The notes beneath the pieces are model-generated. The model did no database searches. It was not told the DNA's origin and saw only the letters and a list, made by a program, of their open reading frames with translations. A program made the translations under genes and the position numbers. A stretch of DNA of 20,598 bases. Source: Pseudomonadota bacterium. GTDB lineage: Bacteria > UBA10199 > 2-02-FULL-44-16 > JAAZCA01. Location of the stretch: NCBI GenBank assembly GCA_043822785.1, contig JBDRBN010000059.1:1-20598 (forward strand), written 5' to 3'. Within the stretch, counting starts at the first letter, position 1. Every line of letters starts with the position of its first letter. This document shows, piece by piece, positions 1 to 6,888 of the stretch.

Positions 1-75
1 AACGCAGTACGCGAATACATAAGGAATCAGGAAAAGGAAGACCAACGGCTCGATCAGCTGAATATGTTTCGGTAG
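1..75 (+). CDS. tnpA: C-terminal fragment of IS200/IS605-family Y1 transposase (runs off the window start)
   Basis: Frame 1 reads NAVREYIRNQEKEDQRLDQLNMFR*. The YIxNQ helix (catalytic Tyr) and the EDxRLDQL tail are typical of IS200 TnpA. Confidence 0.85.
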   Translation, partial: NAVREYIRNQEKEDQRLDQLNMFR

Positions 76-139
76 GTTTTAACCGCTTTGAGCGGTTCAC
101 GGTTTTTCAAGCCCCCGGCTCTGCCGGGGGTACATGACT
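1..139 (+). mobile_element. Right end of an IS200-type insertion sequence
   Basis: tnpA tail is followed by hairpins aaccgct-ttg-agcggtt (81-97) and cccccggc-tct-gccggggg (112-130), then ...tacatgact. Subterminal hairpins are the IS200/IS605 end signature. The exact boundary is uncertain. Confidence 0.75.
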
Positions 140-143
140 CAGG

Positions 144-176
144 GGGATTGCTTCGGGCTTCGCCATCGCAATGACA
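144..176. repeat. Right half only of a TGTCATTGCGAG...CTCGCAATGACA REP-like palindrome
   Basis: gggattgcttcg...tcgcaatgaca matches the right arms of the full copies at 2500, 10555 and 20502. Confidence 0.75.
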
Positions 177-178
177 AA

Positions 179-901
179 TTAAGTATACATCTTAAATTCG
201 CCCGCTTTGATAGCTTCCTTTGCAGCTTCATATCTCTTTGGTGTTCCTAGATCATTAAAATATCCTTCGTACTCAAATGATCCAATTTTGCCTCCTAGCT
301 CAAGAAGTCTCATATAGCCATCCTTTATAAGGCAGGCAGGAATGCCCGAAGCAGGGAGCGCATCAAATATGTCGGGGCTCAGAATTTGAAGACCGGTGTA
401 GAAATATGAACCACTGCCAAATCCCTTTATGAATCCATCGTCGCTAACATCTATGGGCGTAAAATCATCACCATCATCAAGCCTCTTTACAGCCATGGTG
501 ACCTGAACGCCTCTGCTAAAGTGGGCTTTGGCTAGCGCACGTATATCAGCTGCTATCAGGGCATCGGCATTTAACACCACAAAAGGGTTTCTGCCAAAAA
601 AACGCGCAGCTTTCTTGATGCCTCCGCCAGTGCCTAGAATCTGGGGCTCTTCAGAGTAAAATATCTCAAGGCCAAAGCGCGCTCCATTACCTACGTGTTC
701 TCTTATCTTCTCTCCCAGATGATGAAGATTTATGGCTACGCTCTTAATGCCACTTCGTGCAAGGTATCGCAGCTGATGATCAATGAGGATTGTTCCATCA
801 AAAGGAAGGAGCGGCTTTGGCGTATCTAGGGTAAGGGGCCTTAGCCTTGTTCCCAGACCTGCTGCCAAAAGCATGGCCCTATCCACATGCATATTGGTCA
901 T
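179..901 (-). CDS. murU: NDP-sugar nucleotidyltransferase, MurU-like (MurNAc alpha-1-phosphate uridylyltransferase), 240 aa
   Basis: RAMLLAAGLGTRLRPLT..TPKPL, LGTGGG and DLGTP motifs, with no left-handed beta-helix domain. The ATG at 901 overlaps the amgK stop (ATGA). Confidence 0.8.
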   Translation of the reverse strand: MTNMHVDRAMLLAAGLGTRLRPLTLDTPKPLLPFDGTILIDHQLRYLARSGIKSVAINLHHLGEKIREHVGNGARFGLEIFYSEEPQILGTGGGIKKAARFFGRNPFVVLNADALIAADIRALAKAHFSRGVQVTMAVKRLDDGDDFTPIDVSDDGFIKGFGSGSYFYTGLQILSPDIFDALPASGIPACLIKDGYMRLLELGGKIGSFEYEGYFNDLGTPKRYEAAKEAIKAGEFKMYT

Positions 902-1926
902 TTCCACTCCGGAACATATTTGCAAAGCACTTTATATAGATTTTCATATTCAGGAAGCCTGGCGAGTGCGCTTTGCACGTAAGTAAGTGATGTGGGTATA
1001 TATGGGAGGAAATTAGGATTGCCCTTGATGCGGTCTATGTACACGAATCGACCTGCATCCTTGAGCTTGCGCTGAACTGTTACGAGGTCAAACTCCCCTC
1101 GGATATCCCTGTCAGTTCTGCCTACCTTAGTTGCGTAGTATTCTATCAACTCATCAACCATATCGTCTGAAAGCCTAACATATGAATCGCGCGTGAGCGA
1201 CACCAGGTCATAAACACGAGGTCCCAAAAGCGCATCTTGAAAGTCTATCATGGTAAACTCGCCGTCATTTATTAAGAGATTTCTGCTCTGAAAATCCCTG
1301 TGCGTAAATCCATATGGCATGGCCTCGATTTTTGAGCTGATCTCTTGTGTTGCTTCCTCAAAAATCGACTTATCCTCTTTATCCATAGATATGCAATTGC
1401 GGGCTTCGATGCCGTATTCTAGAAAGTGATCGAATTCCCAGTTCAAAAGGCGCGAGTCAAAAGACCTGGCAAATGCTATGCATGAATCGGCGTTCCCGTC
1501 TTTTGTATTTCGCTGAAGTTGCACCAATAGATCGATGGCCTTCTTGTACCAATGCAGGCGTTTTTCGTCGTCCGCATCTTTCACTTCTTTTGCCATGAGA
1601 TGATCGCCCAGATCTTCTAGTATCAGGAGGTGGTGCTCTTTGCTGTAATGAAGGATCTTGGGTACTGGGAGTCCGGCTTTGGAAAGATAGTTTGCAACGT
1701 TTATAAAAGGCAGCTCCTCGTGAGTGCCGTTGAAATTCGTTATCTCCTCTGACACGCTGGCCTTACCCTTTGGCATCTGCATCACGATGAGCGTACTTTT
1801 GTCCTCAAGCGTGACCCTGTAATATGTGCGGTAAGATGCATCGCCGTGAAGTTTTGTTATATGCTTAACGGGAGAGGCATTATCCATAGCTTCATTCATT
1901 ATGCTCTGTATTGCGTCTTTTAACAT
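898..1926 (-). CDS. amgK: Aminoglycoside-phosphotransferase-fold sugar kinase, AmgK-like
   Basis: GDASYRTYYR, LEDLGD, HRDFQSRNL and IDFQDALLGP..YDLVSL motifs. Translationally coupled to a MurU-like gene, matching the known amgK-murU operon. Confidence 0.8.
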   Translation of the reverse strand: MLKDAIQSIMNEAMDNASPVKHITKLHGDASYRTYYRVTLEDKSTLIVMQMPKGKASVSEEITNFNGTHEELPFINVANYLSKAGLPVPKILHYSKEHHLLILEDLGDHLMAKEVKDADDEKRLHWYKKAIDLLVQLQRNTKDGNADSCIAFARSFDSRLLNWEFDHFLEYGIEARNCISMDKEDKSIFEEATQEISSKIEAMPYGFTHRDFQSRNLLINDGEFTMIDFQDALLGPRVYDLVSLTRDSYVRLSDDMVDELIEYYATKVGRTDRDIRGEFDLVTVQRKLKDAGRFVYIDRIKGNPNFLPYIPTSLTYVQSALARLPEYENLYKVLCKYVPEWK

Positions 1927-1933
1927 AATAACA

Positions 1934-2017
1934 ATTTTCTATTCTCCATTTTCTATTTTCCAGAAAAATGGCCAACCGTAAAGACAGAAAATAGATAGTT
2001 GAAAATAGAAAATAGAG
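1934..2017. repeat. Inverted array of 7-mer units (ATTTTCT / AGAAAAT)
   Basis: ttttctattctccattttctattttc on the left is mirrored by gaaaatagatagttgaaaatagaaaatag on the right. Confidence 0.6.
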
Positions 2018-2054
2018 GAAGAAAAACGGCCTCCCTTTTGATCGGCCATTTTTC

Positions 2055-2435
2055 CTATGGCGTTACGGTAAAGCTTACGTCTGAGTTGCTCGAGTTTCCG
2101 TGAACTTGCACATATATGGGCCCTTCTCCTTGCACTGCATCAGTTGGCACAGTGGCAGTGATGGCTTCTATCTCGTCTTCTGTGATGGGAGAGAGTAGCC
2201 TATATGAAGTGGCGCTTGTGGCTGCTCCGCCGATTATGACGATGTTTTCAGGATACGAAGTGGTGAAGCCAAAGCCGAATATGGTTATGGCATCTCCTTG
2301 GCTTCCTGCGTTTGGATCAACGCGCGAGACCACTGGCGGCGAATCCGTTGGCACATCTGGCTGAAACCCATCTGAGCTCGAGCAGGACGACATAGCGATA
2401 GCCGCGATGAGAAGAGCTGTAAAGCGTATGCGCAT
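2055..2435 (-). CDS. Lipoprotein with an IPT/TIG (Ig-like) domain, 126 aa
   Basis: Signal peptide with lipobox AMSSC, then PVVSRVDPNAGSQGDAITIFGFGF...ITATVP...GPIYVQV..NSSNSDVSFTV, a typical IPT/TIG pattern. Confidence 0.8.
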   Translation of the reverse strand: MRIRFTALLIAAIAMSSCSSSDGFQPDVPTDSPPVVSRVDPNAGSQGDAITIFGFGFTTSYPENIVIIGGAATSATSYRLLSPITEDEIEAITATVPTDAVQGEGPIYVQVHGNSSNSDVSFTVTP

Positions 2436-2460
2436 AGCATGAGGCTTTTAGATTAAAAGG

Positions 2461-2496
2461 GCGAGAAACGCAAGCAACGCGAGACAGGCGAGAAAG
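2461..2496. repeat. Tandem 9-mer array (GCGAGAAAC/GCAAGCAAC family), 4 units
   Basis: gcgagaaac gcaagcaac gcgagacag gcgagaaag. Confidence 0.75.
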
Positions 2497-2499
2497 GAA

Positions 2500-2596
2500 T
2501 GTCATTGCGAGCCCGCGTTAGCGGGCGTGGCAATCCCAGTCGCTACAGGAGATTGCTTCGTCCCCTTCGACTACGCTCAGGGTCCTCGCAATGATA
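2500..2596. repeat. REP-like palindrome (TGTCATTGCGAG family) with a nested CCCTTCGACTACGCTCAGGG unit
   Basis: tgtcattgcgag...gcaatccc / gagattgcttcg...ctcgcaatgata, with the nested unit at 2563-2582. Confidence 0.85.
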
Positions 2597-2600
2597 TCCA

Positions 2601-2633
2601 TTACTGGTAACTGATGACTGGTTACTGATTACT
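2601..2633. repeat. Tandem 7-mer array (TNACTGR)
   Basis: ttactgg taactga tgactgg ttactga ttact. Confidence 0.6.
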
Positions 2634-3211
2634 TATTCTTTTTTTGGCAGGATACCTTCTTTTCTCAGAAGGTGTTCTAGCTTCTCATCCCCGCTTTCAA
2701 GCCAGCGGCTATAGATCTGCATGAGCTCTGTATTTGATGAAGCGCGGTTCCACGGCGCAATTCGTGCGAGCGCCTCTATTAGACTTAAAAAATTTGAGGC
2801 GAGCTCTGCATATATTTCGGCAAACTCCGAATCACAGACAACCACATCAGCTAGCTCATCATATGCTGAAGCACCTATGCTTAAATAGTAAGACCTATCC
2901 ACGATGCTGCGGCGTACGCTATCAGCAAAAAAGCCTAAAGTTATGAGAGTTCCATCTCCTATTCTTTTTAGTTCAACTGCTTTGATGCTCGGGGCCTTGG
3001 ACATGGCTTCCATAAACATAATCCCCAAGGGTTTGTGCTCATTGTCTAACCCCAGCACGTTTCCTGCCATGTGGTATTCGTTGAGGAGATTTACGAGATA
3101 GAACTCGGTCTCTTCACTGGCTTTAATGCTTTCAAGAGACAGGGCATATTTAAGCTGCTCTCTTAAGACCTCGGGGAGCTTTTTGCCGTGTATGATTTGC
3201 TCATTTTTCAT
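2633..3211 (-). CDS. Hypothetical alpha-helical protein, 192 aa
   Basis: Long ORF with plausible conserved motifs (YLVNLL, LKRIGDGTL..LGFF, VDRSYY..G..AY). The start at 3211 was chosen for its ggtga RBS and the upstream sigma54 promoter. Confidence 0.8.
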   Translation of the reverse strand: MKNEQIIHGKKLPEVLREQLKYALSLESIKASEETEFYLVNLLNEYHMAGNVLGLDNEHKPLGIMFMEAMSKAPSIKAVELKRIGDGTLITLGFFADSVRRSIVDRSYYLSIGASAYDELADVVVCDSEFAEIYAELASNFLSLIEALARIAPWNRASSNTELMQIYSRWLESGDEKLEHLLRKEGILPKKE

Positions 3212-3234
3212 AAAAATCACCATTGTTTAAATTA

Positions 3235-3250
3235 TGCAATGTCGGTGCCA
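3235..3250 (-). promoter_or_regulatory. sigma54 (-24/-12) promoter
   Basis: Minus strand TGGCACCGACATTGCA matches TGGCAC-N5-TTGCA exactly, just upstream of the 192-aa gene. Confidence 0.8.
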
Positions 3251-3289
3251 AAGTAGGTGTTTTTGAGCATATACAGGCAGTCAGGGATT

Positions 3290-3440
3290 TGACCCCTCGG
3301 GGAGTTTTTTCCCCGAGGGGTCATCCTGAGGGCGCTTGCGCCCGAAGGATCTCAGAGATCCTTCGACTTCGGCACGTCATTTCTGAAAGAAATGACGTGC
3401 CTTCGCTCAGGATGAGGGGTCGAAACACCCCGACCCCTCA
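3290..3440. repeat. Composite palindromic element: GTCATCCTGAG...CTCAGGATGA repeat with nested and flanking hairpins
   Basis: 14-bp perfect hairpin at 3290-3323, core at 3320-3415 with inner hairpin ggcacgtcatttc/gaaatgacgtgcc, and a 10-bp hairpin at 3413-3440. Confidence 0.85.
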
Positions 3441-3487
3441 TTTATATTGCATAGATGGAGGCAGAAATTGGGGTATTTTTTACCCAT

Positions 3488-4537
3488 TTATATATTTCCA
3501 CCCACATGCGCTGCTTCGTGCTCGGCATTCTCTTCTGGAACATCTTTTGTGGGTTTGAACAGATCCTTGGAAATCTTTACGAAGATGGAGCCGCCCACTA
3601 TGACCTTTAAGAAATAGTTGGCAAACATCCATAACAGAGTTGCTGTGAACAGAAGCTCTTGGGGCGTCACCTTGCCATTGCCGAATATCGAGCCGGTGAG
3701 GTATGGATACAGAAGTTCGACCATGAGCGCGTTTGTGGTTCCAAGGCCGCCAGGTGTGATGGGCAGTGTTCCTACCAAAAACACCAGCGGCACGTTTCCG
3801 AGTATTTTGGTAAACGGTATGTGCGTGTGAAATGTGAGCAGCACTACATACATCGAGATTATGATGGTAAGGTGTATGGGCGTGCGCATCAGAGCTACCT
3901 TGATATAGTCGAGCACCTTTGCCTGATCGAATATGTGAAACACTCGCCTTTTGCGAAACCTTTCGAGCATGGGTACTCGAATGTGTTTGCCCACAAGCTT
4001 ATCCAGCCACCTTCTCCAAAACATAAGCCACACAAACATTATGGAATAAGCCACAAGTGCTACAGTCTGAACCATATGGCCCAAGTCCATTCCACCTACA
4101 GAATAATCCTGAAACAGCGAGCCAGCCAAAGCCAGCGTGATAATCCAGACAAGATCGATTACCACGATGAACAGGAATATGCCCAGCGCTTCGAATATGG
4201 CTATGTTGTAGCGGCGTTTGAGATAATAGGCAAAAGCAGCCTGGCTTGCAGGATAGTTTAAAACCATCACAAGATAGGTGGCTCCTCGCGCTGCAAATAT
4301 ATCCCGCAGGCGCACGGCATGGGAAAACTTGGTGATCACCTTCTTCATGGACCAACTGTCCACCAAGAAAATGAAGCCAAAATAGAAAATCGAGAAGGCC
4401 GTAAACACCGGTATATTCACATATTTAAGAGCTTCCCATACCTTGGAAGGGGGGTAGACGTGAAACAAGTATACGAAGATCGCTAAGGCCACAATCCAGG
4501 GTGCTATCTGTTTGATGCGGGCAAGTGTTTTTTTCAT
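3488..4537 (-). CDS. UPF0104 / lysylphosphatidylglycerol-synthase TM-like (flippase-like) membrane protein
   Basis: Multiple hydrophobic helices and the LPITPGGLG motif. Confidence 0.75.
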   Translation of the reverse strand: MKKTLARIKQIAPWIVALAIFVYLFHVYPPSKVWEALKYVNIPVFTAFSIFYFGFIFLVDSWSMKKVITKFSHAVRLRDIFAARGATYLVMVLNYPASQAAFAYYLKRRYNIAIFEALGIFLFIVVIDLVWIITLALAGSLFQDYSVGGMDLGHMVQTVALVAYSIMFVWLMFWRRWLDKLVGKHIRVPMLERFRKRRVFHIFDQAKVLDYIKVALMRTPIHLTIIISMYVVLLTFHTHIPFTKILGNVPLVFLVGTLPITPGGLGTTNALMVELLYPYLTGSIFGNGKVTPQELLFTATLLWMFANYFLKVIVGGSIFVKISKDLFKPTKDVPEENAEHEAAHVGGNI

Positions 4538-4547
4538 AAAAAAGTTC

Positions 4548-4574
4548 GCAACTTATTTTTCGAAACGGCGATAA
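4548..4574 (+). promoter_or_regulatory. sigma28-like promoter GCAA-N15-GGCGATAA
   Basis: Same motif and spacing at 6471 and 13942. Resembles the FliA consensus TAAA-N15-GCCGATAA. Confidence 0.55.
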
Positions 4575-4582
4575 GAGGAATG

Positions 4583-4611
4583 AAGCTAAGCAGAGGCGCT
4601 TGCCCTGTCAA
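4583..4611 (-). promoter_or_regulatory. sigma70 promoter for the UPF0104 gene
   Basis: TTGACA-N17-TAGCTT on the minus strand. Confidence 0.6.
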
Positions 4612-4695
4612 TGTTTTCTAAAGATTTGACGGAGGCAGGGGGAAGGAGACAGCCTCCGTCGCCTCTATCCCCCATCTCCTTTCCCCCAAAATAAG

Positions 4696-4730
4696 ACCCG
4701 TGGTGCTGTAACGGCATCACGGGTTTTTTT
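4696..4730 (+). terminator. Rho-independent terminator
   Basis: 13-bp stem acccgtggtgctg/cggcatcacgggt followed by a T-run. Its two G-U pairs form only on the + strand transcript. Confidence 0.75.
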
Positions 4731-4732
4731 AT

Positions 4733-4761
4733 TGTCATCCTGAGCGATAGCGAAGGATCCC
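4733..4761. repeat. Left half of a GTCATCCTGAG REP-like repeat
   Basis: tgtcatcctgagcgatagcgaaggatccc matches the left arm at 3320. Confidence 0.75.
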
Positions 4762-4775
4762 AGTGAATACCGGGT

Positions 4776-5372
4776 TTACGATCCTTTATAACCTCTAGCC
4801 ACCAAATAGCGTTCTGAAGAGGTTTTGCGGGTAGCTTGGGGCGTGATGGGGTTTACTTCTTTAAAGCTTTTTTTGAGCTCGGCCATGAAACTCTTAAATT
4901 CTTCACCAGGAAACATCTTCACTATAAAGCCGCCGCCCTTTTTTAAGATGGAACGTGCCAAGGTAAGAGCTGTCATGGAAAGTTCGTAAGACTTATATGT
5001 GTCAGCAAAGGCTACACCAGAAAGATTAGGCGACATGTCAGACAGCACTGCATCGACGTTTCTGCCGATAAGGTCATTGAGTTTTCCTATGGTGGCCTCA
5101 TCAGAAATATCGCCATTTATGAATTGGCAGTTTTTGGGAAGTTCGATCTTAAGGGACAGAACATCGATGCCTATTACTTTTCCCTTGGGTCCTACTATAT
5201 CGCTTAGCTCGTGCATCCAGCTGCCAGGGGCACAGCCCAAATCTATGACCGTTGCGCCCTTTTCTATCAACTTGTAGCGCGCCTGTATCTCAGAGAGCTT
5301 GTAAACGGCCCTAGAGGCCTTTCTCTCCTGCTTTGCCCGTTTGTAGAAGTGATCTTTTCTGACGTAACCCAT
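4776..5372 (-). CDS. rlmE: 23S rRNA Um2552 2'-O-methyltransferase RlmE (FtsJ/RrmJ), 198 aa
   Basis: SRAVYKLSEI, VIDLGCAPGSW, VLSDMSPN and TSSERYLV motifs. The ATG at 5372 is preferred over the TTG at 5408. Confidence 0.93.
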   Translation of the reverse strand: MGYVRKDHFYKRAKQERKASRAVYKLSEIQARYKLIEKGATVIDLGCAPGSWMHELSDIVGPKGKVIGIDVLSLKIELPKNCQFINGDISDEATIGKLNDLIGRNVDAVLSDMSPNLSGVAFADTYKSYELSMTALTLARSILKKGGGFIVKMFPGEEFKSFMAELKKSFKEVNPITPQATRKTSSERYLVARGYKGS

Positions 5373-5404
5373 AAAGGAGCAATATGCGGTTTTTTTTAAA
5401 CAAT

Positions 5405-5449
5405 GCAAGTAAAGCCAGCAAAGCTAGCAACGCAAGCAACGCGAGAAAG
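5405..5449. repeat. Tandem 9-mer array, 5 units
   Basis: gcaagtaaa gccagcaaa gctagcaac gcaagcaac gcgagaaag. Confidence 0.75.
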
Positions 5450-5591
5450 GGCGTGTAAGCGGGCTCGGGCGCGTTAATGGGTGGGGAGAAGAGGCCCCAA
5501 AATTAGGCTAATTGGGGGTGTTAGAGCTGATTTGTCGAAAGCACCTCGCCTAAAACATAAATAATTACATATAGTTAAGCTTGAGAGTTGA

Positions 5592-5607
5592 TGGCAAGGT
5601 GCTTGCA
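5592..5607 (+). promoter_or_regulatory. sigma54 promoter
   Basis: TGGCAAGGTGCTTGCA (GG-N10-GC), shortly upstream of an ATG with a strong aggagg RBS. Confidence 0.7.
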
Positions 5608-5643
5608 TATAAAGGGTGCGAGAGAGGTTCGAAAGGAGGAGTC

Positions 5644-5961
5644 ATGATTGCAGGGAACGTAACATCAGAAAAAGTTGCTAATGAGATCTTTCGCGACATC
5701 GTCAAATTAGGACAAATTTCTCCTAAAACGCTCGAACAAGCAGAGCAGGCTGGGTTTTCATTTGGTAATGCAGAGTATGCTCGCATCACAAAGAGCAATC
5801 AAAGTATCAATGCTTCGCGCTTTGCTGATAGTGCTCAGATGAACCCTAAGATAAAAGGAGACAGCGCGAGGGTTTTGGCTATGGCAGATGCCATAAAGAA
5901 TAGTCCGCCAGAAGTGGCAGGATCTCTTCTAGCGCTTGTTATCAATAACACCAATGCATAA
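5644..5961 (+). CDS. Hypothetical protein, 105 aa
   Basis: aaggagga RBS before the ATG at 5644. No recognisable family. Confidence 0.7.
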   Translation: MIAGNVTSEKVANEIFRDIVKLGQISPKTLEQAEQAGFSFGNAEYARITKSNQSINASRFADSAQMNPKIKGDSARVLAMADAIKNSPPEVAGSLLALVINNTNA

Positions 5962-5976
5962 GGGTAGGGGGTTATA

Positions 5977-6285
5977 ATGGCAAAGAAATGGACAAAAGAA
6001 GAAGTGATAAGGTTATTCGAGATCTTAATCGAGCGTGGATCTCCAATTGTAAGCCACCCAAAGTTCAGGCACCTTCTGGATCGCGATGGCAACCTACTTA
6101 CCAACCAAATCGTCCGCGAAGCCAATGGCAACATTGCCTATCGCTCAGTGGATTTTGATCTGGATGGTCTTGATGATGAGAAGTTCTGGGAGCTCATTGA
6201 CAAAACTCCGTACAATGACTTCATAGAGAACAATGCTGCGGTGGCGATACTCAAGATGGCAGAAAAGCTTAATATTATCGAATAA
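5977..6285 (+). CDS. Hypothetical protein, 102 aa
   Basis: G-rich RBS, 15 nt after the previous stop, with a protein-like composition and an acidic C-terminal half. Confidence 0.75.
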   Translation: MAKKWTKEEVIRLFEILIERGSPIVSHPKFRHLLDRDGNLLTNQIVREANGNIAYRSVDFDLDGLDDEKFWELIDKTPYNDFIENNAAVAILKMAEKLNIIE

Positions 6286-6294
6286 TTAGACAGC

Positions 6295-6425
6295 AAAAAA
6301 GCGTCGGACCCTTGTATGTCACTAACATATTGATTTAAAGACGAAAAAAAGTGTCGGACGCTTATAAGACGCTAACGTATGGATTTAGAAAAAGAAAAAA
6401 ATATCGATTGCCTCAAAAGAACTAA
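6295..6425. repeat. 50-bp-period direct repeat (2 copies plus a degenerate third) containing IHF-like sites
   Basis: 6301 gcgtcggacccttgtatgtcactaacatattgattta versus 6351 gtgtcggacgcttataagacgctaacgtatggattta; 6401 atatcg...actaa stays in register. Confidence 0.7.
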
Positions 6426-6458
6426 ATGCCTCCCATAAAAATGGGAGGCATTTTTTTT
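6424..6458 (+). terminator. Rho-independent terminator
   Basis: aaatgcctcccat/atgggaggcattt stem followed by a T-run. Confidence 0.8.
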
Positions 6459-6470
6459 ATTATTATTCTC

Positions 6471-6497
6471 GCAACATTTTTGGTATTATGACGATAA
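6471..6497 (+). promoter_or_regulatory. sigma28-like promoter GCAA-N15-GACGATAA
   Basis: Second copy of the recurring motif, with identical spacing. Confidence 0.55.
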
Positions 6498-6502
6498 CCT
6501 TA

Positions 6503-6566
6503 GTGGATGGGAAATATATATTTAAAGGGCGTCTGCGGGGGAGCGAGAAAATCGCTTCCCCTTTTT
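6503..6566 (+). ncRNA. Candidate small RNA (~65 nt)
   Basis: Starts after the sigma28-like motif and ends at the hairpin gggggagcga/tcgcttcccc plus T5 (6537-6566). Confidence 0.35.
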
Positions 6567-6708
6567 GTATCTTAAATTTGATAAAGGATTGAGAAAGGAG
6601 GGTTAGGGTCCTGCCTTTTCGCAATCCAAAAATTGAATAATTTCAACAGAAAATGGGCAGATATTTGCAGTTTTTGAGCTATTTTGGCTCGTTTTTGCGG
6701 TGAATTTT

Positions 6709-6740
6709 AAAAAAAAGGCGAAAACCAGAAAGTTTTCGCC
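6709..6740 (-). terminator. Terminator immediately after tRNA-Phe
   Basis: ggcgaaaac/gttttcgcc stem with an A8 run on + (U-run on the minus transcript). Confidence 0.75.
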
Positions 6741-6816
6741 TGGTGGGCAGGGACGGAATTGAACCGCCGACACGAAGATTTTCAGTCTTCTGCTCTACCG
6801 ACTGAGCTACCTGCCC
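6741..6816 (-). tRNA. tRNA-Phe (GAA)
   Basis: GGGCAGGTAGCTCAGTCGGTAGAGCAGAAGACTGAAAATCTTCGTGTCGGCGGTTCAATTCCGTCCCTGCCCACCA, a 76-nt cloverleaf with encoded CCA. Confidence 0.98.
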
Positions 6817-6859
6817 CATTAAGTTGTTAAAAATTAAGCAGTTCCAAGAAGCGGAGCGC

Positions 6860-6888
6860 AACATAATGGATCGGACAAAAGGTGTCAA
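6860..6888 (-). promoter_or_regulatory. sigma70 promoter of tRNA-Phe
   Basis: TTGACA-N17-TATGTT followed by the GC-rich discriminator gcgctccgc. Confidence 0.7.

Larger units (their letters stand above)
4580..4730 (+). ncRNA. Candidate structured small RNA (~150 nt)
   Basis: Lies between the sigma28-like motif and a + strand terminator, has several complementary segments, and contains only a 13-aa ORF. Confidence 0.4.

Noticed and set aside
3223..3558. 111-aa + strand ORF, and the similar ORFs 2317-2505, 10379-10657 and 10069-10653
   Set aside because: They read through palindromic repeats or overlap real genes and are likely spurious.
3659..4261. 200-aa + strand ORF and other long antisense ORFs (7166-7720, 8348-8893, 10020-10520)
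   Set aside because: These are antisense shadows of well-supported genes.
6295..6425. 50-bp repeat as a mini CRISPR array
   Set aside because: Similarity runs through the whole unit with scattered mismatches, and there is no constant repeat plus unique spacer.
6507..6575. 22-aa ORF MGNIYLKGVCGGARKSLPLFVS after the sigma28-like motif
   Set aside because: It runs through the terminator hairpin and U-tract, so a non-coding interpretation is preferred. It is not fully excluded.
5450..6740. Genomic island integrated at tRNA-Phe
   Set aside because: No integrase, no duplicated tRNA 3' end seen, and the tRNA's terminator directly follows the CCA.
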